Shown piece by piece: positions 18,599 through 26,998 of a stretch of DNA of 64,000 nt. A program made the translations under genes and the position numbers. This stretch comes from a virus: the IMG/VR virus record IMGVR_UViG_3300048442_000818, positions 1-64,000 of that record, one strand, 5' to 3'. Numbering within the stretch: the stretch's first letter is position 1; each line of letters opens with the position of its first letter. A model generated the notes under the pieces. That model saw only the letters and a program-made list of their open reading frames with translations. It was not told the DNA's origin and ran no database searches.

Positions 18599-20265
18599 TG
18601 TTACCAATGCTCCATGGATTATTGTCCTCTAAAGCAGGTATTGTACCCCCAGCTGAAGCTGAAGCACCTACTGGTTTCTTAACAGGTGATACTCTTATTG
18701 AATCAAGCACATCAACACTAACACCTGCACGTCCTGTAGGTGGAGGTGATGGTACATATTATGCCTGGATTATGCACCGAGACACTCTGACTTTACCTGC
18801 TGGTTGGGAAGAAGTAGCTACTCAGTTTGTTGGTAATCAGGAACTAAACCAAGCACTGACAGTAGCTAAAGCCCCTGCGTCAGTAACTAATATGACTTTT
18901 ACCCAAGCAAGTGCTCAACGGTTTCTCGGTGTGGTTTTAGAAACAATAGGTGGTAGTGATTGGATTGAAACAATTACAAGCCAAGATGGTATTAATGTAA
19001 ATGGTTGGCATGTTGGGTCAACAATCACACCTCCCGGTAAAGGTATTGTTATGTCGGGTAGTTGCTCCACCCTTGCAAATACTAGTGGAGCAACTGAATA
19101 TATGAGTACTCTACCTAGAATTACTCCTTATGATGTTGACGATAACCGTCTCTGTGTTGCTACAGGTAATGTAGTTAAAAATAATGAAGTAACACCAGAA
19201 TTTTATTCTGAACCTTCTAATACCGAATTAGCAGAAATTTCTATCACTTTAACCGATAATTCAGAAACTCCAGAAGAATTTTCAACAATACCTTTTATTA
19301 CTCGATGGAAAGCTGGGGCATTTGGTGAAGACTTTATAGTGTTACCTCTAGTTTCAGGTGGTAATTATGATTTTTGGGTAGATTGGGGTTTTGGGGTAGT
19401 AGACCATATAACATCCTATGATGATGCTAAAAACTCATTTCCATTTGCCGACAGCAGTACACCAACATATGATGTTAAAATTTATGGTGAATGTGATCGT
19501 TGGCAATTTGGCAGTGTTTCTGCTGCCAGAGATTCATTTAAAGATGTCATTCAATGGGGTGATGTTGAGTGGTCTACTTGTTTTGAAATGTTTAATAATG
19601 TTGATTTTGGTGTAGATGTACTTACCGCCACAGATATACCGAATACCACAAATGTAACTGATTTTAGTTATATGTTTGCTCAAAGTAACGGCTTGACAGT
19701 TGCGCCCGACCTAGATATGGGTCAGGCTTTAAACGCTAGTAATATGTTTTATCTGTCAGACATAGAACAGACACCGTACTACAACACCGCGCTTTGCCAA
19801 GACTTCGGGTATATGTTCTACGGCCTGAACAATTTATCTGGGTTTGGTGGTCTGGATACTTCATCCGCAATTGAAACCAATGACATGTTTTTTGACTGCG
19901 AGGGTCTAACCTCCGTCAATATAAATACAACCACAGTTGAAAATTTCTCAGGCATGTTTGCCAATAACGCAAGCATTATAGACTGCGGTACGTTAGACAT
20001 AGGTAACAATGGTAGTACTATCCTCAACGTTTTCAATAATACCATTAACCTAACAACTTTCCGCATATTAAATGCCAATTCCGAGCTGCAATTAGAAGAT
20101 ACTGCCGTAACTTGGGCAACTATATCGCAGCTTTGGGATGATCTACCTGTTGTAAGTGGAGAGCTTTACCATAGGATTAATATACAAGGCACTCCAGCAG
20201 TGTCCGATCCAAACTACGATCCTCAACCGGCCATAGATAAAGGATGGACAGTTACAGACGCATAA
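18595..20265 (+). CDS. putative adhesin / fibre tip with DUF285 (BspA-like) repeats
   Basis: GGAGGA RBS, ATGA overlap; [22 protein letters not shown]..., repeated xxxMFxx units; ends AIDKGWTV. Confidence 0.75.
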   Translation: MMLPMLHGLLSSKAGIVPPAEAEAPTGFLTGDTLIESSTSTLTPARPVGGGDGTYYAWIMHRDTLTLPAGWEEVATQFVGNQELNQALTVAKAPASVTNMTFTQASAQRFLGVVLETIGGSDWIETITSQDGINVNGWHVGSTITPPGKGIVMSGSCSTLANTSGATEYMSTLPRITPYDVDDNRLCVATGNVVKNNEVTPEFYSEPSNTELAEISITLTDNSETPEEFSTIPFITRWKAGAFGEDFIVLPLVSGGNYDFWVDWGFGVVDHITSYDDAKNSFPFADSSTPTYDVKIYGECDRWQFGSVSAARDSFKDVIQWGDVEWSTCFEMFNNVDFGVDVLTATDIPNTTNVTDFSYMFAQSNGLTVAPDLDMGQALNASNMFYLSDIEQTPYYNTALCQDFGYMFYGLNNLSGFGGLDTSSAIETNDMFFDCEGLTSVNINTTTVENFSGMFANNASIIDCGTLDIGNNGSTILNVFNNTINLTTFRILNANSELQLEDTAVTWATISQLWDDLPVVSGELYHRINIQGTPAVSDPNYDPQPAIDKGWTVTDA

Positions 20266-20317
20266 GCTTACTGGTAAAGTGGTAGACCTTTTTCTGGTTC
20301 TACTGCTGAACTCACCC

Positions 20318-20342
20318 AGGGGGTCTAAGGATCCCCTTTTTT
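20318..20342 (+). terminator. intrinsic terminator after the fibre cassette
   Basis: AGGGGGTC-TAAG-GATCCCCT followed by a T run. Confidence 0.6.
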
Positions 20343-20360
20343 AACTCTGGAGATGTACTA

Positions 20361-20744
20361 ATGAATGATCCCACTCTCAAACACCACCATCATCTTATTA
20401 CCGGTGAAATTGTATTTACTGGTAATAATGATGAGGTTAATGCTATCCGAGTTAACGGAGTACTTATCGATCCTGAAATCAGTATTCCTACCCGTTTACT
20501 TGGCAAAGCTCAGCAAATTCTTCAGTTAAATTTCCATCAGAAAATGCAAGACGATAAAATCAAAGTTCTTGATGTTATCTTACTAAACTTCACCTATTTA
20601 GGTCATATGACTCAAGAAGAGTTTCATAAAGACCCTGAGGGTATGAAGCGTCAAGAGAAGAAAGAATCTGCTGAAAATAAACCAGATCTTTCTGTTGTTG
20701 GAACCAAAGAGGGGAACGACAATGGTTCAGAAGGCCAAGAATAA
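20361..20744 (+). CDS. conserved N4-like hypothetical protein
   Basis: GGAG RBS; YLGHMTQEEF motif; replication-block position. Confidence 0.7.
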   Translation: MNDPTLKHHHHLITGEIVFTGNNDEVNAIRVNGVLIDPEISIPTRLLGKAQQILQLNFHQKMQDDKIKVLDVILLNFTYLGHMTQEEFHKDPEGMKRQEKKESAENKPDLSVVGTKEGNDNGSEGQE

Positions 20745-21054
20745 AACAATCAATGCAGCACTGGATAACCAGCAAAATAACCTATCCGGTGGCTTTACTA
20801 ATTACTATCTCGCTCAAGTAGATAATCCACAGCGGGATGAACAAGAACCTTATCAAGCTGAATGTGAGGATATCATTGAAGCTCTTGAGATGAATCCTGA
20901 TGAAGCCAATATTTTTAAAGAAATTTGGCGTACAGCTAATGCTCGAAAGGGTAACGGCAAACCAGGTAATACACCCCTAAGAGCAGCAGAAAAGTATGTT
21001 CACTACTCTCGTCGTATTTATCGACGTGCTTTAAGAACAGCTAAAGCTCAGTAA
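20722..21054 (+). CDS. DUF3310/SaV-like protein
   Basis: ECEDIIEALEMN..EANIFK.IWR...AEK; RBS GAGGGG before ATG 20722. Confidence 0.6.
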   Translation: MVQKAKNKTINAALDNQQNNLSGGFTNYYLAQVDNPQRDEQEPYQAECEDIIEALEMNPDEANIFKEIWRTANARKGNGKPGNTPLRAAEKYVHYSRRIYRRALRTAKAQ

Positions 21055-21061
21055 CATCCCC

Positions 21062-21089
21062 AAGCCGTAATCTCCGGTTACGGCTTTTT
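21062..21089 (+). terminator. intrinsic terminator
   Basis: AAGCCGTAA-TCTCCGG-TTACGGCTT plus TTT. Confidence 0.75.
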
Positions 21090-21107
21090 ATTCCAAGGAG
21101 ATATTCC

Positions 21108-22076
21108 ATGGTTGTAACCAATAAGGGAGATATCCCTATCGGTTTAGCTGTGTGGTTGCTGCATGATGAGTATGACTACGTTAATGAGTCAAATTACATC
21201 TCAGTAACCCAATTAATGAAACCACTGAGACACATCATTCTACCTCGCAGAGTACCCGCAGAAGACCGTGTAGCAGACCTGGAAGATTACACCTCTCGTG
21301 CTTTGGGTAACTCTATCCATGATTCTATTGAGAAAGCCTGGATCAAGGGTTATGAGCGCAGCCTTAAGCTACTAGGTTACCCAGACAGTATGATTAAACG
21401 TGTCTGTGTAAATCCCACAGACGAAGAATTGGCAACTATTGAAAACCCCATTCCTGTTTACCTGGAACAACGTAGTATCCGTGAGTTTGGTAAATACAAA
21501 CTTGGTGGTAAATATGACATGGTTGCTGAAGGTATTGTTCACGATAACAAATCAACTTCAGCATATACATGGTTATTTGGAACCAGAGATGAAGAGCACC
21601 GTCTTCAGGGTAGTCTTTATCGTTGGCTCAATCCAAAGAGAATCACTGAAGATTTTATCCGTATTAACTTTATCTTCACTGATTGGCAAAAAGCTCAAGC
21701 TGCTCAAAATCCCAAGTATCCCCAAAAGCGTTTACTTCATAAAGACATTCCTCTTCTGTCTATTCAAGAAACAGAAGATTGGATCCAAGCTAAACTTAAT
21801 TTGGTAGAGAAATACATCGATAGTCCTGAAAAGGATATTCCTGAATGCACAGATGAAGAACTCTGGCGTTCAGAAACTCAGTATAAGTACTACGCTAACC
21901 CCGAGAAGACCACTGGTCGATCCACTAAGAATTTCTCTGATCCAGCATCAGCAAAGAAATACATGATGGAGAAAGGTGGTAAAGGTGTAATCGTCACTGT
22001 TCCTGGTGAGGTTAAGCGTTGTAATTACTGTGATGCTTTCCCTATCTGCACCCAAAAGGACAAGTACTTCTCATGA
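21108..22076 (+). CDS. PD-(D/E)XK (Cas4/RecB-like) nuclease, N4 gp42-like
   Basis: GGKYD...DNKST, QGSLYRWL, C-terminal C..C...C. Confidence 0.85.
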   Translation: MVVTNKGDIPIGLAVWLLHDEYDYVNESNYISVTQLMKPLRHIILPRRVPAEDRVADLEDYTSRALGNSIHDSIEKAWIKGYERSLKLLGYPDSMIKRVCVNPTDEELATIENPIPVYLEQRSIREFGKYKLGGKYDMVAEGIVHDNKSTSAYTWLFGTRDEEHRLQGSLYRWLNPKRITEDFIRINFIFTDWQKAQAAQNPKYPQKRLLHKDIPLLSIQETEDWIQAKLNLVEKYIDSPEKDIPECTDEELWRSETQYKYYANPEKTTGRSTKNFSDPASAKKYMMEKGGKGVIVTVPGEVKRCNYCDAFPICTQKDKYFS

Positions 22077-24220
22077 TTGATCTAACTGGAGTCAGTCACC
22101 ATCCCGCAATTGAAGAAATTGTGGAGGTGCTCTGTAATAAAACTCAGAATACTGATCGTGGTTTCTTTAGGACTGAAGTGGCTTACTTTTTGGCCAAGCT
22201 TGCTAGCAATATGCGGGCAACCGTTGTCACGAAGGATCGTGGCGAGATTCCAGTAAATCTGTACGCACTAGCTTTAGCTACTTCTGGCTTCGGTAAAGGC
22301 CATTCAGTGAACGTCATGGAAAATGAGTTCATCAGGGGCTTTAAGAAAAGATTCACAGAAGATACTATGCCAATTATCGCAGAGAAACATCTCTGGGATA
22401 TTGCCAATGATCGTGCTCTCCGCAAAGGTACTGACCAACAAGAAGAATACGATAAGGTAGAGGGCGAGTATAGGCGTGCTGGTGCGTTCCCGTTTACTTT
22501 TGACAGTGGTACCCCACCTGCTGTTAAACAGCTACGCCACAAGCTACTTCTGGCAGGCTGTGGCTCAATCAATCTACAGATTGATGAAATCGGTTCTAAC
22601 CTGCTTGGTTCAGTAGATGTTCTTACTTTGTTCCTGGAGCTTTATGACCAGGGTATTGTGAAACAGAAACTAACCAAAAATACCAATGAGAACCAACGGA
22701 GTGAGGAGATCGATGGTAAAACCCCAACGAACGCTCTGTTATTTGGTACCCCAAGCAAGCTGTTAGATGGTGGTCAGACCGAAGATCAGTTCTATTCTTT
22801 CCTGGAAACAGGGTATGCACGCCGATGTATCTTTGGGTATGGACAACATGATCGAAAAGCCTTTAACTCGATGTCCCCTGAAGAGATCTACAAGCGGTTG
22901 ATCCAGCCAGCAAACCACAATCTGGTGAACAAATGGGCAAATCAGTTTGATAAATTAGCTGATCCCGCCATGTTCGGTTGGAAAATGGTAGTAGAAGATG
23001 ATGTAGCTATACGTCTCTTGGAATACAAAATTGCATGTGAAATGTCTGCTGACAACATGGCAGATCATGAAGAGATACGTAAAGCAGAACTCAGTCATCG
23101 GTACTTCAAGGCACTCAAATTAGCAGGTGCTTATGCTTTCATTGATGAAAGTAGTGAAGTGGAGATGGATCACTTAATGCAAGCAATTCTCTTGGTGGAA
23201 GAGTCTGGTGCTGCTTTTCAGACAATTCTCAATAGAGAAAAAACTTACGTTAAGTTGGCCAAATATATTGCTTCTGTTGGTTCAGAAGTAACCCATGCTG
23301 ATTTGTTGGAAGCATTGCCATTTTATAAATCAGGTAATGCTGCCCGTAATGAAATGATGACTTTAGCGACAGCATGGGGTTACAAAAAGCATATCATCAT
23401 TAAGAAATCTTTTATTGATGGTATTGAATTCTTCAAGGGTGAAACTTTGGAGGAAACTGATCTAAATGAAATGGTGGTGGCTTACAGTGATCATTGGGCT
23501 TATCACTATTTGGGTGAGCGTGTTCCTTTTGATCAACTGCACGTAATGACTCAAGCAAAAGGAATGCATTGGGCAAACCATTTCTTTAAAAATGGCCACA
23601 GAGCCGAAGAGAATGTCTTTGCTGGTTTCAACATGGTCGTTATTGATGTCGATGGCGATATCAGCTTAGATGCTGCCCATGAACTTATGAAAGAATATAA
23701 GTTCATGACTTATACCACTAAACGACACACTGAGGAGGAGAATAGATTCAGACTTATTCTTCCCATCAACTACATGTTGGAATTGGATTCTGAAGAGTAT
23801 AAAGAATTCATGAACAATGTGATGGGATGGTTACCGTTTAAAACAGATGATTCAGCTAACCAGAGATCCAAGAAGTGGGAGAGTTTCGATGGAAACTACC
23901 ATTATAATTTTGATGGTGAAATTCTGGATGCTTTGAAGTTCATTCCTAAAACAAGTAAGAATGAATCTTATAAAAAGCAATTCCAGCAAGTGCAGTCCTT
24001 GGATAATCTGGAGCGTTGGTTCGCTCAACGCATCAGTACAGGTAATCGTAATAAGCAAATGCTGAAATACGCATTAGCTCTTGTTGATAATGGAATGAGC
24101 CTTGTGGATGTTAATAAACAGGTTCATGAATTTAACAGCAAAATCAACAATCCACTTGATGCTTCAGAGATCGAATCAACGATCATGATTACTGTGGCAA
24201 AACGCTATCAACGCACCTAA
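22073..24220 (+). CDS. DNA primase (N4 gp43-like)
   Basis: SGFGKG, IDEIG, IDVDG, YTTKRH, C-terminal GNRN (PriCT-like). Confidence 0.88.
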   Translation: MIDLTGVSHHPAIEEIVEVLCNKTQNTDRGFFRTEVAYFLAKLASNMRATVVTKDRGEIPVNLYALALATSGFGKGHSVNVMENEFIRGFKKRFTEDTMPIIAEKHLWDIANDRALRKGTDQQEEYDKVEGEYRRAGAFPFTFDSGTPPAVKQLRHKLLLAGCGSINLQIDEIGSNLLGSVDVLTLFLELYDQGIVKQKLTKNTNENQRSEEIDGKTPTNALLFGTPSKLLDGGQTEDQFYSFLETGYARRCIFGYGQHDRKAFNSMSPEEIYKRLIQPANHNLVNKWANQFDKLADPAMFGWKMVVEDDVAIRLLEYKIACEMSADNMADHEEIRKAELSHRYFKALKLAGAYAFIDESSEVEMDHLMQAILLVEESGAAFQTILNREKTYVKLAKYIASVGSEVTHADLLEALPFYKSGNAARNEMMTLATAWGYKKHIIIKKSFIDGIEFFKGETLEETDLNEMVVAYSDHWAYHYLGERVPFDQLHVMTQAKGMHWANHFFKNGHRAEENVFAGFNMVVIDVDGDISLDAAHELMKEYKFMTYTTKRHTEEENRFRLILPINYMLELDSEEYKEFMNNVMGWLPFKTDDSANQRSKKWESFDGNYHYNFDGEILDALKFIPKTSKNESYKKQFQQVQSLDNLERWFAQRISTGNRNKQMLKYALALVDNGMSLVDVNKQVHEFNSKINNPLDASEIESTIMITVAKRYQRT

Positions 24221-24283
24221 CCATTAGGGATAATCAGTTCTTTCTTTGGTTTTGAACTGGTTATCCCACAACAGGAGATTGAT

Positions 24284-25021
24284 ATGTCTCACGACCCGAA
24301 TGAACCCAATGACCAGCTAGTACTGGTAGTTGGTTATTCAGCCACGGGTAAGAGTGCTTCTCTTAGAAATATCAGAGATCAGGATAAGTGGCTTTATCTG
24401 AATACTGAATCTGGTAAGCGCTTACCCTTCAAAAATAAGTTTCAATCATTTCGTATTTCAGATCCTTATCAAGTGTTTGAGGCATTTGATCATGGTACAG
24501 ATAATCCTGATGTTAATGGTAACATTGTTGACTCACTTACCTTCCTCATGGATATGTATGAGTCTCAGTACGTATTGGGATCTTCTAATACCATGCAAGG
24601 TTGGAGTAATTTCCAACAATACTTTAAAGAGTTGATGCAACAGAAGGTCACTCTGTTTAATAAACCAACTATTTTCACTGCCCATGTTCGTGATGACCTT
24701 GATGAAAAAAGTATGGAAATGAAAACTTCCGTACCCATTAAAGGTGCATTAAAGAACAATGGTGTGGAAGCTTATTTCTCCACGGTGGTAGCTGCTAAAA
24801 AAGTATCCATCAAAGAATTGGAGAAATATGGGAGTAACCTGTTAACCATTACTGAGGAAGAGAAGGATTTGGGCTATAAGCACGTATTCCAGACTCGACC
24901 TACAGCAAAAACAACAGGCGAAAGGATTCGATCTCCCATGGGACTCTTTGATAAGAGTCAAACGTATATGGACAATGATGTTCAGCTTCTGCTGGATCAT
25001 CTAAATGATTTCTACGATTAA
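24284..25021 (+). CDS. Sak4-like AAA ssDNA-annealing ATPase (gp44-like)
   Basis: GYSATGKS, VDSLT, FTAH. Confidence 0.85.
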   Translation: MSHDPNEPNDQLVLVVGYSATGKSASLRNIRDQDKWLYLNTESGKRLPFKNKFQSFRISDPYQVFEAFDHGTDNPDVNGNIVDSLTFLMDMYESQYVLGSSNTMQGWSNFQQYFKELMQQKVTLFNKPTIFTAHVRDDLDEKSMEMKTSVPIKGALKNNGVEAYFSTVVAAKKVSIKELEKYGSNLLTITEEEKDLGYKHVFQTRPTAKTTGERIRSPMGLFDKSQTYMDNDVQLLLDHLNDFYD

Positions 25022-25051
25022 CTACCTACCTTTGCAAAGGAAGTAATTATC

Positions 25052-25792
25052 ATGAGTATGTTTAATAATCTAACCAATGAAGGTCTCGAAGAAACTCAAG
25101 ACCGCCTTGGTGGTTTTGCTCCACTGGAAACTGGTATTTACACCGGTGAAATTAAAGCATTGTACGGTGGTAAATCAGCCGGTGGTGCTACCAGTCTTAC
25201 AGTCATTGTTGATTTTGAGGGTCGTGAGTACCGGGAAACCCTGTATGTCACTAACCGTAAGGGAGAAAACTTCTTCCTGAATAAAGACGACAATACCAAA
25301 AAAGTACCTTTACCGGGCTTCACTGTTGCAGATGACATTTGTTTGATTGCAACTGGTGAGCCACTTGCGAACCAGGAACCAGAAGAGAAAGTAATCAAGG
25401 TATTCGATTTCGATGCCAAAAAGGAACTGCCTACCAATGTTCCAATGATTACTGCTGCTATCGGTCAAAAGATCTCTCTGGGTATCGTCAAGCAAACCGT
25501 TAATAAGAACGAAAAGCAAGGCGATGAATGGGTACCTACTGCTGAAACTCGTGACGAAAATGTCATTGAGAAGGTATTCCATCCTGAGCTAAAACTGACT
25601 GTTGCAGAAGCACGTAATGGTCAGGAAGAAGCTAAGTTCTGGGATGCCTGGATCCAGAAGAACGAAGGTCAGACCCGAGACAAGCGTAAGCTTAAAGGTG
25701 ATCAAGGTGGTGTAACCGGTGCTCCTAAAGCCGGTGGTTCAGCCCCAGCATCATCCGGTCAACCACGTAAAAGCCTGTTTGGTGATAAGTAA
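25052..25792 (+). CDS. ssb: single-stranded DNA-binding protein (N4 gp45-like)
   Basis: Synteny; PLPGF motif; C-terminal KSLFG. Confidence 0.85.
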   Translation: MSMFNNLTNEGLEETQDRLGGFAPLETGIYTGEIKALYGGKSAGGATSLTVIVDFEGREYRETLYVTNRKGENFFLNKDDNTKKVPLPGFTVADDICLIATGEPLANQEPEEKVIKVFDFDAKKELPTNVPMITAAIGQKISLGIVKQTVNKNEKQGDEWVPTAETRDENVIEKVFHPELKLTVAEARNGQEEAKFWDAWIQKNEGQTRDKRKLKGDQGGVTGAPKAGGSAPASSGQPRKSLFGDK

Positions 25793-25842
25793 GTTTTAGG
25801 GGGTGTATTACACCCCCAACTCTCACCTAAACAGGATGAGAT

Positions 25843-26664
25843 ATGTGGACAATCGAATTACCAATCCGAGTACCAATATCCAAAAAGAAGTTTTTCCTAA
25901 TCAATTTGAATATGTACCGTAATGCTCACTTCCAAACACTGAACAAAGCTAAAAAGGTGTTTGCTGAACAGGTATCTCCGTTATTAAAAGGAATACCACA
26001 CATGAGCGGTTGTACCATGGAATTTGTTCTATATCCTGGTTCCCATCGTCTATGTGATGTGAGTAATATATGTTCAGTCGTGGATAAGTTTTTCTGCGAT
26101 ACGTTGGTAACTTGTGGTCATTTACCTGATGACAACTACAATTACCTAACTGATATACGGTACAGGTTTGGAAAGGTGGATAAAATGAATCCTCGGGTTG
26201 AAGTCACTATTTCACCAGTGGGGGAAACCTCACCCATTAATCAGAATCAAAAGGAACAAGACATGCAAATCATCCTCGTCCAAGCCGAAGTAGAACAGGC
26301 TATCAAAGATTACATCAGTGAACGTCTCACTCTCAGTGATGGTACTGAAATCCAAATCGATCTGTCCGCTACTCGTGGTGCAGATGGTATTAAAGCTACC
26401 ATCGATTTGGTTGAAGGCCCCTCTCCTGTGGTAGAGAAAGACAAAGGTGTAAGTACCGATCAACCACAGAAAGCAGAAGCACAGGTTAAAACTGAAGAAG
26501 TAAAGTCTGAAGAGCCAGAAGCAGTTGAAGCCCCTGCTACCAAAGAACCAGAGCCAGATGCTGTTGAAGCTGTTGAAGCTAGTGAAGGCAAAGAAGAAGA
26601 TAAAGAGGAAGAGGTTAAACCAAAAAGCCTATTCTCTAATCTGAGTAAGCCTAAAAATAACTAG
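25843..26664 (+). CDS. RusA-like Holliday junction resolvase fused in frame to an N4 gp46-like domain with an acidic tail
   Basis: NLNMYRNAH, DVSN...KFFCD...DDN, NPRVEV. Internal RBS AAGGA + ATG at 26263 (MQIILVQAEVEQAI). Confidence 0.75.
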   Translation: MWTIELPIRVPISKKKFFLINLNMYRNAHFQTLNKAKKVFAEQVSPLLKGIPHMSGCTMEFVLYPGSHRLCDVSNICSVVDKFFCDTLVTCGHLPDDNYNYLTDIRYRFGKVDKMNPRVEVTISPVGETSPINQNQKEQDMQIILVQAEVEQAIKDYISERLTLSDGTEIQIDLSATRGADGIKATIDLVEGPSPVVEKDKGVSTDQPQKAEAQVKTEEVKSEEPEAVEAPATKEPEPDAVEAVEASEGKEEDKEEEVKPKSLFSNLSKPKNN

Positions 26665-26685
26665 TACAGTTATTTTATAGCAGAT

Positions 26686-26716
26686 ATAAAAAGCCCCCTG
26701 TAAGGGGGCTTTTTAT
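26686..26716. terminator. bidirectional intrinsic terminator
   Basis: ATAAAAAGCCCCC-TGTAA-GGGGGCTTTTTAT, perfect 13-bp stem. Confidence 0.9.
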
Positions 26717-26728
26717 TTGGAGAAGTAA

Positions 26729-26965
26729 ATGAATACTTATTATCATTTTCAACGTAGAAAACTAAAATCCTGGTATTCAATAATTATTGAAACAGATGAG
26801 GAAAACGAAAGTAAATATGTGTTCTTTACATCAAAAATACATAAGACAAAAAAACTTAAATTACCTATTTCATTTTCATTAGAATTTACAGATCAACAGA
26901 TACTTAATGATCGTGATTTAGGAACTCAGTTATATAATAGATATGGAACAGATATTACTGAATAA
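26729..26965 (+). CDS. AT-rich hypothetical protein (78 aa)
   Basis: GGAG RBS; ORF fills the space between two terminators exactly. Confidence 0.65.
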   Translation: MNTYYHFQRRKLKSWYSIIIETDEENESKYVFFTSKIHKTKKLKLPISFSLEFTDQQILNDRDLGTQLYNRYGTDITE

Positions 26966-26996
26966 AAGCCCCCTATCCTTGGGGGCTTTTTATTTT
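26961..26996. terminator. bidirectional terminator at the convergence of + and - gene blocks
   Basis: AATAAAAGCCCCC-TATCCTT-GGGGGCTTTTTATT. Confidence 0.9.
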
Positions 26997-26998
26997 GG

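Noticed and set aside
17459-20265. Possible diversity-generating retroelement target in the fibre tip
   Set aside because: No reverse transcriptase and no template/variable repeat pair seen in the window.
21108-22076. Cas4-like nuclease suggesting a CRISPR system
   Set aside because: No repeat-spacer array or other cas genes; this is a core N4-like replication nuclease.
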